A stretch of 64,000 nt of DNA, from NCBI GenBank assembly GCA_010093705.1, contig MU006091.1:1302001-1366000 (forward strand), read 5' to 3'. A program made the position numbers and the translations under genes. Every line of letters starts with the position of its first letter. Within the stretch, counting starts at the first letter, position 1. The notes beneath the pieces were generated by a model. It saw only the letters and a program-made list of their open reading frames with translations. It was not told where the DNA came from and made no database searches. Positions 62,925 to 64,000 of this stretch are shown here, in pieces. Origin of the DNA: Patellaria atrata CBS 101060. Lineage: Eukaryota.

Positions 62925-63311
62925 GAGGGGAAGGGGATAGTGTGGGATTTGGTTGATTTGGTTTGGTTTGAGATGCGGTTTAGCGGGTTTTTTTTTTTTA
63001 GGTGCTTGGGTTAGTTTGATTGGTGTATCTTAGCGAATGCATATCGGTATCGGGATTTGAGTTTTCTGCTATGTGGTAATTGGGTTATATTGGAATTTTG
63101 GGTATAGTACCATGTGAAAGCTGAATTGATTGGATATGTGGTTTGTACAGTTTCAGGACTGTGTGTGGGACTGGAGTAGAGACGAACTGGGTGTATGGAA
63201 TGATAGGTGATGTGAAATGACTGGCCTGTATCACCAGTTGATTTGGCCAAGCTCACTGATTTGTACAAAGTAGCTGACCTAATCCGAAATGGTTAATTTT
63301 CTGAGATGTAC

Positions 63312-63390
63312 AATTCGGATGGTTCGTACAGTTTGGTTGATCCGTACAGTGTGGCTGATTCGTACAGTTTAGCTAATCGGTACACTTTGA
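63312..63390 (+). repeat. Degenerate 18-bp tandem repeat, about 4 copies (consensus near GATTCGTACAGTTTGGCT)
   Basis: GTACA core recurring at 18-bp spacing. Confidence 0.7.
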
Positions 63391-63766
63391 CTGCTCCGAA
63401 CAATTGACTGCTGGTATAAAATTCTTACGGGGTGTTTTTGTCTGAAGACGATACACTGTCTCTGTTGCCTTCGTTGCCTCCGTTGTGAATCCCTGGGTTC
63501 TATACGCTGATAGTATGGCGTACTTGGAACTCGGATTCTTTCTCGGCCTAGCGGAAATATTCGAAGTGTAATAGTAAACTAGGGGTGCGGTGAATGAAAT
63601 TACCATAAGGAACTCTCTAGCAGTATTAATTGCTTGATAAAACAGATACATCGTGGAGTAGGTTCTGGTTCCATTCAGAGATGAATGCCATTGACAGGGC
63701 CAGCACTTTGACAGTCGAACTAGAAGCGGAACAGTAGTTGAAAGGATCTATTATTTAAACAAGAGA

Positions 63767-64000
63767 TTATCTTTGTGACCCAGGAGTCACGGACTGCTCT
63801 GTAGAAGCTAACATTGACTTGATCGCTTCCGTCACGTCATTTTTAGACTTCGTAGTAGAAGGAAGTCCTGCCGGTTCTAATAAGAATAGGTGAGGGACTC
63901 CAGGGTAGACGTCCAGCTTGACTTTCACACTAGTGAGAGATTAGTACACCGAGTGTCGTAATCAGGAGCTCAAAATCACGCACCCAGCGGCCTTCAGTGC
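63767..64000 (-). CDS. 3' end of an alpha/beta-hydrolase (HSL-like esterase); truncated by the window edge
   Basis: LKAAG, an intron (GTGCGT..CTAAT..TAG), then VKVKLDVYPGVPHLF (catalytic-His motif), ending at TAA 63767. Confidence 0.65.

Overview
This is gene-dense, intron-containing genomic DNA from a filamentous ascomycete (Pezizomycotina; GT-AG introns with CTAAC/CTGAC branch sites). It holds about 23 protein-coding loci, mostly housekeeping: LSG1, LTV1, YPP1, RIX1, eL28/RPL28, Rheb, INO80, a DHA1 MFS pump, an acyltransferase, POS5 NADH kinase, a sucrose/alpha-glucoside permease, a USP deubiquitinase, MRPL7, RAD16, SUR1 MIPC synthase, SEC72 and a MARVEL-like protein. Accessory genes include a HET-domain protein, a signal-peptide aldo-keto reductase, two orphans and a GGCT pseudogene. 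Two non-genic islands stand out. (1) At 37.9-40.0 kb, a five-element transposon nest can be resolved to the base: a TA-flanked Tc1/mariner-type MITE containing four solo LTRs, each with its own 5-bp target-site duplication. (2) At 18.2-22.7 kb, a repeat island is built from two to three related modules (ATG-CCG, then an intron, then a GC-rich exon), mixed with several minisatellites and a (GATA)n tract. No tRNA, rRNA or CRISPR array was found. All calls come from motif recognition; no database searches were run, and exon boundaries are manual predictions.
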